In this document: positions 1 to 10,747 of the stretch, piece by piece
Position numbering within the stretch: the stretch's first letter is position 1
How the letters are laid out: each line of letters begins with the position of its first letter
NCBI GenBank assembly: GCA_973895155.1
Contig: OZ316897.1
Location: 23,473,455 to 23,537,454 of the forward strand
Origin: Marsupella aquatica
Taxonomy: Eukaryota > Plantae > Marchantiophyta
Direction of reading: 5' to 3'
DNA length: 64,000 nucleotides
Notes under the pieces: model-generated
Seen by the model: the letters and a program-made list of their open reading frames with translations, nothing else
Told to the model about the DNA's origin: nothing
The model's database searches: none
Made by a program: the position numbers and the translations under genes

Positions 1-1197
1 GGAACGAATTTAAGATTGAATTGACGTACAGGCAGTGTATGCCAGAAGGAGCTAGACGGGAGAGGAATTCACGTTCTACTATAATTGTGAAGATGCGTCA
101 TCACTCCAGTTAAAAAGATGAAGAGCTTCCATTTCGAGGTGATGCCGTACTCTATCCAAAGCGCCCCGGAAGCTCTCTTAAGAGTATTGGAAAAATTTGT
201 GGTGCCAAACTTAAGAGAAGAAACCGCCCTCCCACCAGAAAAGGCCTCACAGAGAGGAGCTGTTGCTCGTCAAGTTGCTTTGGAGATAGTCGAAGACACC
301 AAAGACACTTTGAGTGACAAGTGAAGTTATTCTAACGTTGCTCGGGACGTATGATTTGTAAAATTGTCCAACCATCCTGGTTCGTGTGACCGATGCCACC
401 TATCCGATCTTTGGGAACATTAAGAATTAGGAATTTGAGGAATCGTTATGTTAATTCTTGGGTTCTGAGCCTGAGAGGGAGGAATGGCATACATTGGTTA
501 ACTATCACCTGGTGGGAAGATGAAAGTTTGCATTTAGTAATATTAAGGCTGAATGGTAGGATCACACAGGAGTGATATTTAGTCATTTCCATTCGGGAGT
601 TAGCGGAAAGAATCATGCACCAGGAATTGCGTAGAAGATTAGGAAGGAGTTAGACGTCTGATTAGTAGGATGGCCTAGTGTAGCGTACCATGTGGTAAAG
701 AAATTTCAGGGTGAAGGAAGTCGGAGATTATGGGGAACGCCCGGTTCCAGTAATCGCCACCGTAAAGGAGATAAGGAAGGACGCCGCGAAGAGCGTCCAA
801 TGCGATTCGTCCCAGAAGATTCCGCAAGTCAGGACGCTTCGAGTAGCGTCCGATCCCAGTGGACGCTGTGAGCAGCGTCCGGTGGAATCTGTGACGAACC
901 AACGTGCGCGACGCTTCTGGTGTGCCTTTCCGCGTCTCAACCTGAAGGACGCACCAGAGAAAACGAGGTTTTAGAATCTCGGCTGGTCACTAAAGGGAAG
1001 TATTAGCTACGGGATAGCAAGGGGGAGGAATCATGCAAGGGATGTTGAACGACGCTACGGGAAGTCACTTTGAGGAAGCAGGGTCATATCTCCCGGAGTG
1101 GGGTGATAACGTCGCACCTAAATGGTGACTCCTTGCATAAAGACTCCTGAGGAGCGGGTCTGGTGTCTCAAAATCACCCGTGCTTGGAGAATGAGGG

Positions 1198-4100
1198 ATG
1201 TCTGAGGGAGATCCACCGAATAAAAGAAAACCTACCAAGACCTCCAGTAATTCGGATGCTGCAAAATTAGTAGTGACCCCTCGCACATTGTTACCCGAAT
1301 TCCAGTCACCAGGAGCACCTGCACCGGGTAGTGTGTGGAAACAAGTGGGATCTATTCAAGAGGCAAGTGGCTCTTTGGAAAGGCCCACGTCGACCCGACC
1401 CCTGTTTGTAAATCTTCGTTCAGGTCCAAAACTTATTGGTTCTCAAAAGACCAAGCTCCGCCAGCAGACAGTACGTTCGGTGAACCAAATTGACTCTGGT
1501 GTGGATAGTACCACTGAGAGGGCCTTATCTCATACCGAAGGAAGAAATTTGGGTTTGCCCGAGAATACAGTTGCAGAATCGCTGGCCCAAGATAATTCTG
1601 TCGATCTTTCACAATTGGATAATCCAGAACCACTGAGTGAAGCCGGTGGTTCGTCTTCTAGTGAGACAAGCAGCAGTTCAGGCTTGGGCAGCCCAAACCC
1701 ATTTGCTACCCGATCAGCTCTTCCTTTCGTTACCCTCCTAGCTCCAACCACGATGGCTCGAAATAATGTGAGGTACGACCGGTTCTTCGGTACTTCCAAG
1801 GAGGATGCAGAGGTGTATTTGAAAGAATTTGAAGCTGCAGCTGCATCCAATGGACAGAGTCAAGACGCTGAAAAAGCCAATCTGTTTGGTGGTCTAATGA
1901 AAAAGGGTGCTCAGAAATGGTATGACCGTTTTCCGGACAAGCAGGATTGGGGGAAATTGAAGGCTGCTTTCTTGGCCAAATATAAAGAAGAAGGAGCAGC
2001 TGCGCGTGCCTTTGCCCGAATCTCACATCTGCACATGAAGAAACATGGGTCTGTGAGGAAATATGCCGACAAATTATTGGATTTGGTAGATCAATATAAT
2101 CCAGCTACCTCGAAATCTACTATCAAGGACTGGTTTATTAACGGTTTACCCTCCAGGATTGCTCGTTACGTGAGACGAGAAGGTGGCACCACTTTGGAAG
2201 AAGTACAAGAGGCAGCCCAGAAGTACGTAGACTCGGAGATTTCAGAGAGAAAACGAGTTAAGAAGGACCTGAAGAAAGACAAAAGAAAGAAGAAGAAAAC
2301 GTCCAGGTCTAAATCTGACTCGGAGACGGAATCAAGTGAAAGTAGCACTAGTGAGGAGGACGAGAGTACAAATTCGAGCACTAGTGATAGTTCAAGCTCA
2401 AGTTCCGACTCAGAATCCGTTGCTCCTAAAAAGAAGAAATCCTCTGTAAAAGGGAATAATAAAGTTCCCAACCAAAAGAAGATGGATCGCATGATGGAAG
2501 AACTCTCTGGCCAATTGTCCAAGTTGAATGTCAATATCGCCGCGGTAAAACCAGTACGAAGGTTGCCTGCTCCCATGAGAATGAACGTATGGTGCACCCG
2601 ATGCAGTCAGCAGGGCCATTACCCGAACGAGTGCCCCACATTACGAACCCCGGTGAATTATGTAGATGGTCAAGAAGAGGCTGAGGAGTATGAGTACGAT
2701 CCCACGTATACCGTCCAAACAGCACCCCCTGGACAGTATTTCCCACCACCTCCTGCTTCCAGACCGACTTGGGGACCACCTAAGCCCACTTTCAATAAAC
2801 CAACGTCAAGACCACCCATGGGACCCCCGGGAGGATACCCACCACGAGGAATGCCGCGTCAAAAAGGGGCTTGTTGGAATTGTGGCCAACCTGATCATTA
2901 TTCACCCCAGTGCCCTTATCCCAAACAGGAGGTGGGGTATACACCTGTCTGTGGGAACTGTGGAAAAGAAGGACACTTACCGGTGGAATGCCCGAATCCG
3001 GCTAAGCCTAGGCTGATGGTTCGATTTGCTCAAGAGCCAGTTAAAGAAGCAAGTCGACCTGAAGCCAAGATTCGGATGGTTTATTCTGAAGAGATGGAGC
3101 AATGCAGCTTCATTCAACATATGGATGTAAATCGGGTGGAATTAAAGCCAGATTCACTTTTTCATCAACCAGTATCCGGGGTGGTGCCTGATGTCTTGGT
3201 AAGTCATTTAGTGAAACCTGAAGTAGTTGGTATGCCGAATGATCGAGTTCAGAATCGGGATAAAGTTCTGACTAATATTTACGCAACTACTCGTTCGAAG
3301 AAAAAGGAGACCAAGAAGCACGAGCATCAGAAGGTCGCGAAAGCTCCCAAGGATGAAGGGCGCAAGCCATGTAAGGAAGGCCTCGACAAAGAAGACGACC
3401 CTGCTTATGACCGATATGACCCAAAATACTTCTTGCCCGACATCTCTTTGGAAGTGAAAGACCATCTGGAAGAGCTAGTTAAGGAGCAAGTGCAATCTCC
3501 TAACCCACCAGTAGTAGTCAAAGCTAAAGAGCCACTGAAAAATCCAGGTTATGATATTGTTGAAGATGTCAAGAATCATCCTGCACATATCACCATTGGG
3601 GAATTATTACAGGACAATCCGGTTTATAGGCGACAGCTGAGGAGCCTCCTTGCAGGAAAACGGAGGAAGAAGAAGTTACCTTCTGTGGATGTGCTACGAA
3701 CAGAGTGGGAGGACAAAGGACCGATGGAAATTGAGGTTCAAATCCAGGGGTGTGTCATTCGGAGAGTTCCTGTGGATGGAGGAGCCAGCGTTAATCTGAT
3801 TACACAGTCAGCAGCATTTAATTTGGGTTTCACTAAGTTTGAGCCCACTCCCAAGATTTTGCGCATGGCGGATCAGTCTCGTGTGGTACCCATAGGGAAG
3901 CTGACCAAAGTAGAAACTTTGATTGCTGGTGTCCCTTTTCTGTTGGATTATGTGGTTATTAATCCGGAAATACCATCCAGCTTTCCTGTTTTGTTAGGCC
4001 GACCATGGTTGTATAAGGCTCAAGTTCAGGTTAATTGGCAATCTCAAGAGCTTTCATTTGGGAAGCCTAAGGTGACTGTTAGTTGGGTTCCGGAACCACA

Positions 4101-4251
4101 TTTTGGAGAAACACAAACAGATGATGGGTACACCTCGGATTTTTCGACCTCTTCGCTAGTCCTGCAGCCATTGGAATTTGAACTGGAGGAAGTTCGTTAC
4201 TTGGAAGTTTATCTGTCTGATGCTCCCATAAAACCAACTAGGCCCTCCTGA
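1198..4251 (+). CDS. gag: Gag-protease polyprotein
   Basis: 1017 aa. Retrotransposon gag domain, three CCHC knuckles (CTRCSQQGHYPNEC, CWNCGQPDHYSPQC, CGNCGKEGHLPVEC), and an aspartic protease (VDGGASVN...LLGRPWL). Confidence 0.93.
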   Translation: MSEGDPPNKRKPTKTSSNSDAAKLVVTPRTLLPEFQSPGAPAPGSVWKQVGSIQEASGSLERPTSTRPLFVNLRSGPKLIGSQKTKLRQQTVRSVNQIDSGVDSTTERALSHTEGRNLGLPENTVAESLAQDNSVDLSQLDNPEPLSEAGGSSSSETSSSSGLGSPNPFATRSALPFVTLLAPTTMARNNVRYDRFFGTSKEDAEVYLKEFEAAAASNGQSQDAEKANLFGGLMKKGAQKWYDRFPDKQDWGKLKAAFLAKYKEEGAAARAFARISHLHMKKHGSVRKYADKLLDLVDQYNPATSKSTIKDWFINGLPSRIARYVRREGGTTLEEVQEAAQKYVDSEISERKRVKKDLKKDKRKKKKTSRSKSDSETESSESSTSEEDESTNSSTSDSSSSSSDSESVAPKKKKSSVKGNNKVPNQKKMDRMMEELSGQLSKLNVNIAAVKPVRRLPAPMRMNVWCTRCSQQGHYPNECPTLRTPVNYVDGQEEAEEYEYDPTYTVQTAPPGQYFPPPPASRPTWGPPKPTFNKPTSRPPMGPPGGYPPRGMPRQKGACWNCGQPDHYSPQCPYPKQEVGYTPVCGNCGKEGHLPVECPNPAKPRLMVRFAQEPVKEASRPEAKIRMVYSEEMEQCSFIQHMDVNRVELKPDSLFHQPVSGVVPDVLVSHLVKPEVVGMPNDRVQNRDKVLTNIYATTRSKKKETKKHEHQKVAKAPKDEGRKPCKEGLDKEDDPAYDRYDPKYFLPDISLEVKDHLEELVKEQVQSPNPPVVVKAKEPLKNPGYDIVEDVKNHPAHITIGELLQDNPVYRRQLRSLLAGKRRKKKLPSVDVLRTEWEDKGPMEIEVQIQGCVIRRVPVDGGASVNLITQSAAFNLGFTKFEPTPKILRMADQSRVVPIGKLTKVETLIAGVPFLLDYVVINPEIPSSFPVLLGRPWLYKAQVQVNWQSQELSFGKPKVTVSWVPEPHFGETQTDDGYTSDFSTSSLVLQPLEFELEEVRYLEVYLSDAPIKPTRPS

Positions 4252-7224
4252 CAATTAACTTCATCATCGGAAGTGGGCCCAGCAGCAGACGAACCTCCTA
4301 ATACTGAGGCTAATAGGGATTTACACCATGATATGGGAGTGTCAGCTACCCTTGAGCCATTTGCACCAGAAGTATCCAAACTTGGACTTCAGCCGGCAAA
4401 CCTCACGGATGGAATTGTGGATCCAAAAGCTTGTCAGAAAATCGAAATTGAGCCAGGCAAGTTTTTGAATATTGGTAAGCATATCGAAGGAGAGCTACGG
4501 GAACAGTATATCAGTTTATTAACCCAGTATAAAGATGTCTTTGCCTGGAGTCATTCTGATTTAAAAGGTATCCATCCACATTTGGGCGAACATCGTATTG
4601 ACCTTATGGAAGGAGCAGTACCTGTCCGACAGAGACAGTACCGTTTGAATCCCAAATATTCCATCCTGGTTAAAGACGAGTTGGACAAGCTCACGACTGC
4701 TGGATTTATCTACCCGGTCTTGAGTAGTGAATGGGTCTCACCAATTGTCATTGTCCCCAAAAAGCCGGGACCCGATGGTAAAACGAAAATTCGCGTTTGT
4801 CAAGACTTCCGGAAGTTGAATGCTGCCACTCGGAAAGATCATTATCCTTTGCCATTTATTGATCTGGTACTTGATTCAGTGGCCTTGCATGAGTTATACA
4901 GTTTTTTAGATGGGTACTCTGGTTATAACCAGGTGTCCATTCGGAAGGAGGATCGCGACAAGACTACGTTCACCACCGACTGGGGTACATATGCATTTAC
5001 CATGATGCCTTTTGGGCTGTGTAATGCCCCGGGTACTTTTCAGCGCATTATGATGATTATTTTTCAAGAATATTTGCGGCATTTCATGGAGATTTTTATT
5101 GACGACTTTTGTGTTTACGGGTCAGCGGCTGAACACCTCGTCCATTTGGAGAAGACATTTCAGAAGTGTAGAGAGGCTCAGTTGTGTCTTCATCCAGAAA
5201 AGTGCTTTATTGGTATGAAGGAGGGAATTTTGTTAGGCCATGTTATTTCACAACGCGGCATTGAGGTTGATACAGAGAAGGTTAGAGTAATTATGGAGTT
5301 GCAACCACCGACCGATTTAAAGCAGCTTCGTGCTTTTCTGGGACATGTGGGGTATTATCGTCGGTTCATTTATAAACATGCTAATATTGCCTTACCCTTA
5401 ACCCAACTGTTAAAAAGTGATGTGGAATATACATGGAATGAGGAGCGGCAGCAAGCATTCCAGTTGCTCAAGGATCGGTTAATCTCTGCACCTATTTTGT
5501 CACCCCCAGATTGGACTAAGAAGTTTCATGTCTTCATTGACTCTTCTGCGTTCTGCATTGGAGGTAATCTCAGTCAGAAGGATGTGGAAAACCGTGACCA
5601 TCCAATTTACTATGCCAGCCGCCAAATGAGTGCAGCCGAGAAAAACTACTCCGTCACTGAACGGGAAGCTTTGGCCATCGTCTTTGCGTGTAAGAAATTT
5701 CGTCACTATTTGTTGGGGTATCAGGTTACTTTTCACACTGATCATAATTCCTTAAAATATTTGGTTAACCAAGTGGATCTCTCAGGACGAGTAGCCCGCT
5801 GGGTTTTACTACTCCAAGAATTTGATTATGAAGTTCATGTCCGACCTGGCAAACATCATGAGAATGCAGACTTCCTATCTCGGTTACCTGGTCCGGAGAA
5901 TCAGCATAATCTCTCCGATGAATTTCCTGACGAGCATTTGTGGCACATTGAAGGGGAGTCTTCTCGATATTTTAATATTGTGCACATGCTGCTTCATGGA
6001 ACGTTCCCTGAAGGCTTTAATGCGGAAGAACGAGTTGTCTTTGCTCATAAGGTGGGTCCCTATACCATTATTCGGGGCACTTTGTTTAAACAAGGTCCTG
6101 ATCAACAATTGCGACGTTGTCTAGAGGATAGGGAACTTCCCCAAGTAATTGAAGCTTTACATTCAGGAGAAACCGGTGGGCATTATGCTGTGAATACCAC
6201 AGTTAAGAAAATTTTGGATGCTGGATACTGGTGGCCTACTATGCATCGAGATACTTACAATTTTATTAAGACCTGTGATCCCTGTCAAAGGATCGGGAAG
6301 CCCACTGCTAGTTCCAAATGGCCTCTTACGCCTATCCTTCCGTTGGCACCATTTGAGAAATGGGGGATTGATTTTATTGGCCCAATTTCTCCAGCAGCTC
6401 GGAAAAGCCGAAGCAAATATATTATTCTGGCCACTGATTATGCCACCAAATGGGTAGAGGCGAAAGCTACTCGCAAGAATGATGCTATAACCGCAGCTGC
6501 ATTTCTCTTTGAGCACATTATCACCCGGTTTGGTTGTCCTTTGGAGTTGGTAAGCGATAGGGGTTTGCATTTTCTTAACTCAACTATTGAGTTAATCACT
6601 GACCTTTATCTTATCAAGCATCGCAAAACTACTCCTTACAACCCCCGAGCTAATGGCTTAACCGAGAGAGCTAATGGCATTATGGGCAAGATTATGAATA
6701 AAATGGTAGAATCTCACAAGACAGATTGGGATGTGAAGCTCCATTCTGCATTATGGGCTTACCGCACCGCTGAGAAGATTACAACTCTTCACACCCCCTT
6801 CTATCTGACCTATGGCCTGAATAGTATTATTCCAATAGAATTTTCGTTACCAACGGAACGTATCTTGGTACCACACCGACTCTCTCCTTCAGATAGTCTC
6901 TCACATCGGTTTTCCAATATTGTTAAATTAGAAGAAGTTAGACTTTTAGCATTAGACCATACAGTCACCATTCAGAACCAGCGTAAACTTGCTTATGATA
7001 AGAAGCTGCGCGTAGTGCAGTTAGATGTTGGTGATTTAGCATTAGTCTTTGATTCTCGTTATATGCTATTTCCTGGGAAACTTCATACTCATTGGATTGG
7101 TCCTTACCGAGTTACACACATCTGGGATAATGGTTCAGTTTCATTGACTACCTTAGATGGTCACCCACTTAACACTAGAATCAATGGGTTTAGGATTAAA
7201 CGGTACTATGAGTCTTCCATTTAG
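4252..7224 (+). CDS. pol: Pol (RT-RNaseH-integrase), in frame with gag-PR across a single TGA
   Basis: RT motifs RVCQDFRKLN, LDGYSGYNQ, MPFGLCNAP and FIDD; RNase H DSS..ERE..TDH; integrase HHCC, WGIDFIG, SDRG, NGLTER and a GPY-like WIGPY. Confidence 0.95.
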   Translation, partial: QLTSSSEVGPAADEPPNTEANRDLHHDMGVSATLEPFAPEVSKLGLQPANLTDGIVDPKACQKIEIEPGKFLNIGKHIEGELREQYISLLTQYKDVFAWSHSDLKGIHPHLGEHRIDLMEGAVPVRQRQYRLNPKYSILVKDELDKLTTAGFIYPVLSSEWVSPIVIVPKKPGPDGKTKIRVCQDFRKLNAATRKDHYPLPFIDLVLDSVALHELYSFLDGYSGYNQVSIRKEDRDKTTFTTDWGTYAFTMMPFGLCNAPGTFQRIMMIIFQEYLRHFMEIFIDDFCVYGSAAEHLVHLEKTFQKCREAQLCLHPEKCFIGMKEGILLGHVISQRGIEVDTEKVRVIMELQPPTDLKQLRAFLGHVGYYRRFIYKHANIALPLTQLLKSDVEYTWNEERQQAFQLLKDRLISAPILSPPDWTKKFHVFIDSSAFCIGGNLSQKDVENRDHPIYYASRQMSAAEKNYSVTEREALAIVFACKKFRHYLLGYQVTFHTDHNSLKYLVNQVDLSGRVARWVLLLQEFDYEVHVRPGKHHENADFLSRLPGPENQHNLSDEFPDEHLWHIEGESSRYFNIVHMLLHGTFPEGFNAEERVVFAHKVGPYTIIRGTLFKQGPDQQLRRCLEDRELPQVIEALHSGETGGHYAVNTTVKKILDAGYWWPTMHRDTYNFIKTCDPCQRIGKPTASSKWPLTPILPLAPFEKWGIDFIGPISPAARKSRSKYIILATDYATKWVEAKATRKNDAITAAAFLFEHIITRFGCPLELVSDRGLHFLNSTIELITDLYLIKHRKTTPYNPRANGLTERANGIMGKIMNKMVESHKTDWDVKLHSALWAYRTAEKITTLHTPFYLTYGLNSIIPIEFSLPTERILVPHRLSPSDSLSHRFSNIVKLEEVRLLALDHTVTIQNQRKLAYDKKLRVVQLDVGDLALVFDSRYMLFPGKLHTHWIGPYRVTHIWDNGSVSLTTLDGHPLNTRINGFRIKRYYESSI

Positions 7225-7607
7225 AATTCCACCTGGGACAGGTTGCAATTTAAGTGGAGGGCGGTAGTTATACTTAGTTAGAATTAGTGACCCTCCCTAG
7301 TAAGTATTCGGCATATTTTTTTAATTTTTTTTAGTTACTTTCAGTTTTTACATTGGACGCTGTGAAAAGCGTCCATTGTAACTCGACGCTGGGGAAGCGT
7401 CCACTTAGTTTACAAAGGACGTTGTGCAGAGGTCCGCTTTTGTATTAGTTCAGTTGCATGAGACGCTGTGAGCCGATGACTAGGCATCTTGTACAATGGC
7501 GGATTGCGACAGCTCAACGGGACGCTGAGGAGTAAGCAGTCGCGCTTCGCCCTAGTTCACTATGGAACACGATTCTCACTGAGCTTACGGAGCTAACAAG
7601 TCACGCG

Positions 7608-10181
7608 ATGGCGGAGACTGAGCTGACGACGCGACCAATACTCGCAGACATTCCATCGAATGCAGTGCATAGGCGGCAGTTGAAGACGGCTCTGGCAAAA
7701 ATGGGCTTGAAGAAGCTGCTTCAACTTCCTTGGAAGATTTGCGAATTCAGACTTATCGATCAAGGTGTCTGGGACGCTGAAGAAAGGATTGGTGTGCGCT
7801 CGCGTCCCAGTGTTTGGACTGAAGCGCTCATAGCGAAGGTCTATTCGACGCCGATGGAGGGCGAGGATTTACAGAGGGTTGATTGTGAGCCTCGGGTTTA
7901 TGTAGAATCCTTCTTCGCTCCAGGATCTTTCAAGAGGCGGAATGGATGGCTAGCGGCGGACTGCTTAGATAATTCTCTGCAGCGTCTATTTCGATTTCTG
8001 GCACCAATTTTCTACCCAGAAAGCCAGACGCGCATCACTCTTTCGTTCGCTGCAACGGTGATCTGTTCATTAGAACAGACGCAGTCTATCAATTGGACGA
8101 AGGTTTTGCACCGAGTAATTCATACTCAGGTCAAAAATTTTCGTAGCAGGCTGAAAACGGGGAAAATAAGGTGTACCTACTTGGCCCCTTATTTAGCTCA
8201 CATTTACCATAAGTATGACTGTCTGCTTGTCTTGGAAAAAGATTTTTATCGCAACAATCAGAGAGCATCTACCGGTGAAGCAAATTATATGCCTGAAGTA
8301 CGAGAAGTCCGAGCCAATTCCACAGTGGTAGAGCTATGTGCAATACTCGACTGTGAGGAACCTGAACTGGTGGGTGAAGTTCGGAAATTGAAAGAGACAA
8401 GAGCATCAGCTGAAGGGAGTGACGATCCGATTCTTCACCAACCAAGAGAGGCTCAAGTTGCCGAAGATGTTCCTTCAGCAATGCCAACAGGGTTGGAGCA
8501 TTCTATGTCACCTCGACTCTCGTGTTCACCTTGTGCTGCCGAGCCTATTTATGATGTTGATCAGGATAATTCTGCTTCTCGGATGAATGTTGAAGATGAG
8601 GTGAGGGTGGATGAAGAAGGTTTTTCAGGGGAACCTCTTCAACATTCTACTGCTGAGGACGAGTATGATGGATTTACTTCTACCCCTGTTTTGGTTCCCA
8701 TAGAGGCAAATAGTGATGCTTTGCAGGCTTTACAGGAGTATGATTCGTCCGACTCTCTTAGTTCTAGCCCAAATATAGGTGAAATCCCTCTGGTCCAGGA
8801 GTCAGAAATATTAAGCTCAGAAATTGTGAAGCTGGTTAAAGTTGATTCGGAGGATGCAATTGTGGATATAGACGAAGTAGGTGAACCAGTGACTTCTCCC
8901 CAATCTGTCGCAAGATACCCTGCCTGGTCTACACCTGGTTCACTCATATCGATTCCTTTGGATATAACTAAGGAATTAGATGAGGCAATAGCCGCGATAG
9001 GAGCTCCTTCATTTCCGCCTGTAAAATGGGTTTCTCCTGAAGATGAGTTGATTGAAGGAGGCTCTGCTGGTTTTCCGAGTCGCAATCAGGTATCTGGTAA
9101 TATGGGTATATCTGTACCCATATTGGTACCCGAGACACCCGCTTCGACAACCAGCTCAGCACCAGTTTCATTGGCTACAAACGAGGATAAAAACATTCGG
9201 GAGGAGTTTTCAGTGACGTATACTCGAAAATCTTGGAAACGGTTGCGCCATGCTATCAGTCGACAGATCTTTCCTGAAGCATCTTCCCAGGATTTTGAAC
9301 AGGGAGAAGCACCTATCGGAACAAACGAGCTACCCCTTCCTGTACTTTTGACAGATCGAACTAACCAGGAAGTCTCTTTACCTAGCGATAATTTTAAAGA
9401 AGAACTTCCTGTTTTAGTACCAATGCATCCCATTGCAGATCAACCAGCTACTGTTGCAAGAGAAGAATTTGAACCACTGGAGCCCGAACCTTCTGCTCCT
9501 TCGTCTCCTGTTACATTGCCAATTCGACCAGTTAAGGAGTCAGTGATTCCTTCCGCTATGCCAGATGTAATTTTCCGTTGGATAGGAGCACCAAGTGATG
9601 GAGAAGAAGACGAAGACCCTCGCATTATCAGAGTACCTCCTCGACTTCGGCATACAGTGGATTTGCCACCCCGAAATCCTATCCCTAATTTGGCTTCAAT
9701 TCACAGGTGGGAGAAGAAACATTTTCGAGTAGCTTTTCGACATCTGGAGATGGAGAGCATTTTGCAGCAGCAGCAGATTTTGCCAATGACATCCCATCCG
9801 AGGATTCGTAGTTTGATTCGCACATATGAACCTGGGAAGGCGGTTCCTCCCATTGATAAGGACAGACGACATAAGTTTTCGGAGTTCGAAATTTGGTGTT
9901 GGGTGTATATGCTTCGACGAGCTCAAGCTCCATTTCCGCCCCTTGTGCCGGAAATTCCATGGCCCTATCCATACTATGTTTGGGTTTGTCCTGGTGGGTT
10001 TGCTATTCCAATTAAATATGAGAAGAAGCTTGTTAAGCTAAGGGAGCAGTTGATTACAAAACAATGTATGCTACCGGCTTCCCAAGGGTTCAAGTCGCTT
10101 AGGTGTTTAGCGTTCCTACCTATTATTCCTTCTTATCCGGATTTGATTATTCAAGGTGTTTTATCTAGGACACAGATTTGA
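7608..10181 (+). CDS. Extra ORF3 of the gypsy element: N-terminal plant-mobile-domain/plant-transposon-protein-like region plus an acidic, proline-rich tail
   Basis: Uninterrupted 857-aa ORF between integrase and PPT. The N-terminal ~210 aa aligns by eye with the ORF of the 4.7-kb LTR-like unit. No obvious transmembrane helix. Confidence 0.7.
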   Translation: MAETELTTRPILADIPSNAVHRRQLKTALAKMGLKKLLQLPWKICEFRLIDQGVWDAEERIGVRSRPSVWTEALIAKVYSTPMEGEDLQRVDCEPRVYVESFFAPGSFKRRNGWLAADCLDNSLQRLFRFLAPIFYPESQTRITLSFAATVICSLEQTQSINWTKVLHRVIHTQVKNFRSRLKTGKIRCTYLAPYLAHIYHKYDCLLVLEKDFYRNNQRASTGEANYMPEVREVRANSTVVELCAILDCEEPELVGEVRKLKETRASAEGSDDPILHQPREAQVAEDVPSAMPTGLEHSMSPRLSCSPCAAEPIYDVDQDNSASRMNVEDEVRVDEEGFSGEPLQHSTAEDEYDGFTSTPVLVPIEANSDALQALQEYDSSDSLSSSPNIGEIPLVQESEILSSEIVKLVKVDSEDAIVDIDEVGEPVTSPQSVARYPAWSTPGSLISIPLDITKELDEAIAAIGAPSFPPVKWVSPEDELIEGGSAGFPSRNQVSGNMGISVPILVPETPASTTSSAPVSLATNEDKNIREEFSVTYTRKSWKRLRHAISRQIFPEASSQDFEQGEAPIGTNELPLPVLLTDRTNQEVSLPSDNFKEELPVLVPMHPIADQPATVAREEFEPLEPEPSAPSSPVTLPIRPVKESVIPSAMPDVIFRWIGAPSDGEEDEDPRIIRVPPRLRHTVDLPPRNPIPNLASIHRWEKKHFRVAFRHLEMESILQQQQILPMTSHPRIRSLIRTYEPGKAVPPIDKDRRHKFSEFEIWCWVYMLRRAQAPFPPLVPEIPWPYPYYVWVCPGGFAIPIKYEKKLVKLREQLITKQCMLPASQGFKSLRCLAFLPIIPSYPDLIIQGVLSRTQI

Positions 10182-10193
10182 AGGACACCATTT

Positions 10194-10670
10194 ATGAGAG
10201 ATATCAAACGGTGTTGTCATTTATATGTATATAAGCCGTTACTTTTGCAGCATCCTGCAATTGTTTCCTTCTTTCTCCTTCGAATTGATATTTATCTGCT
10301 CATGTGGGACATCAAAGCTACTATGGATTGTTGGAATTCTTTACCCCGTGCTTTCCAACATTCCTTTGAAGGCAAGATCAAACTGGGAGGACATGCTATT
10401 CAACACTTTGTTATTGATCCAGGCTCTCGAATTAATTTCCTCTCCCACAGACTGTGCCAGCAATTTGTTCATCAAGAAGTACAACCGATATCTGCTCAGA
10501 TATCAATCGATGGACGAATCATTAATCTTTGGGGAAGAGTTAAAGGAGTCCCAATACAGATCGGAGAAGAATTCCATGACCTCGATTTTTATATTCTGGA
10601 TTCGGATATCTCCCAACTCCCGTCAATGATTTTGAGCACTACTTGGATTATTAAGCCAGAATATTATTAA
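10194..10670 (+). CDS. Second retropepsin-like aspartic protease ORF
   Basis: FVIDPGSRINFLS...GRVKGVPIQIG..DFYILD..MILSTTW follows the LxDSGA/..ILGxxW retropepsin pattern. Confidence 0.6.
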   Translation: MRDIKRCCHLYVYKPLLLQHPAIVSFFLLRIDIYLLMWDIKATMDCWNSLPRAFQHSFEGKIKLGGHAIQHFVIDPGSRINFLSHRLCQQFVHQEVQPISAQISIDGRIINLWGRVKGVPIQIGEEFHDLDFYILDSDISQLPSMILSTTWIIKPEYY

Positions 10671-10729
10671 TGAAGAACATGTCACTCGCTTCTGATTCAA
10701 TTCGGTCATGTCTTGTGGGGACACGGCGA

Positions 10730-10745
10730 AATTTAAGTGGAGGGC
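10730..10745 (+). promoter_or_regulatory. Polypurine tract
   Basis: AATTTAAGTGGAGGGC ends 2 nt before the LTR TG; an identical 16-mer lies at 7247-7262. Confidence 0.65.
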
Positions 10746-10747
10746 TA

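Noticed and set aside
118-974. Short ORFs in the gypsy 5' leader
   Set aside because: Under 90 aa, no recognisable motifs, and no continuous frame.
7608-10181. ORF3 as a retroviral envelope gene
   Set aside because: No evident signal peptide or transmembrane helix; it resembles PMD-like accessory proteins instead.
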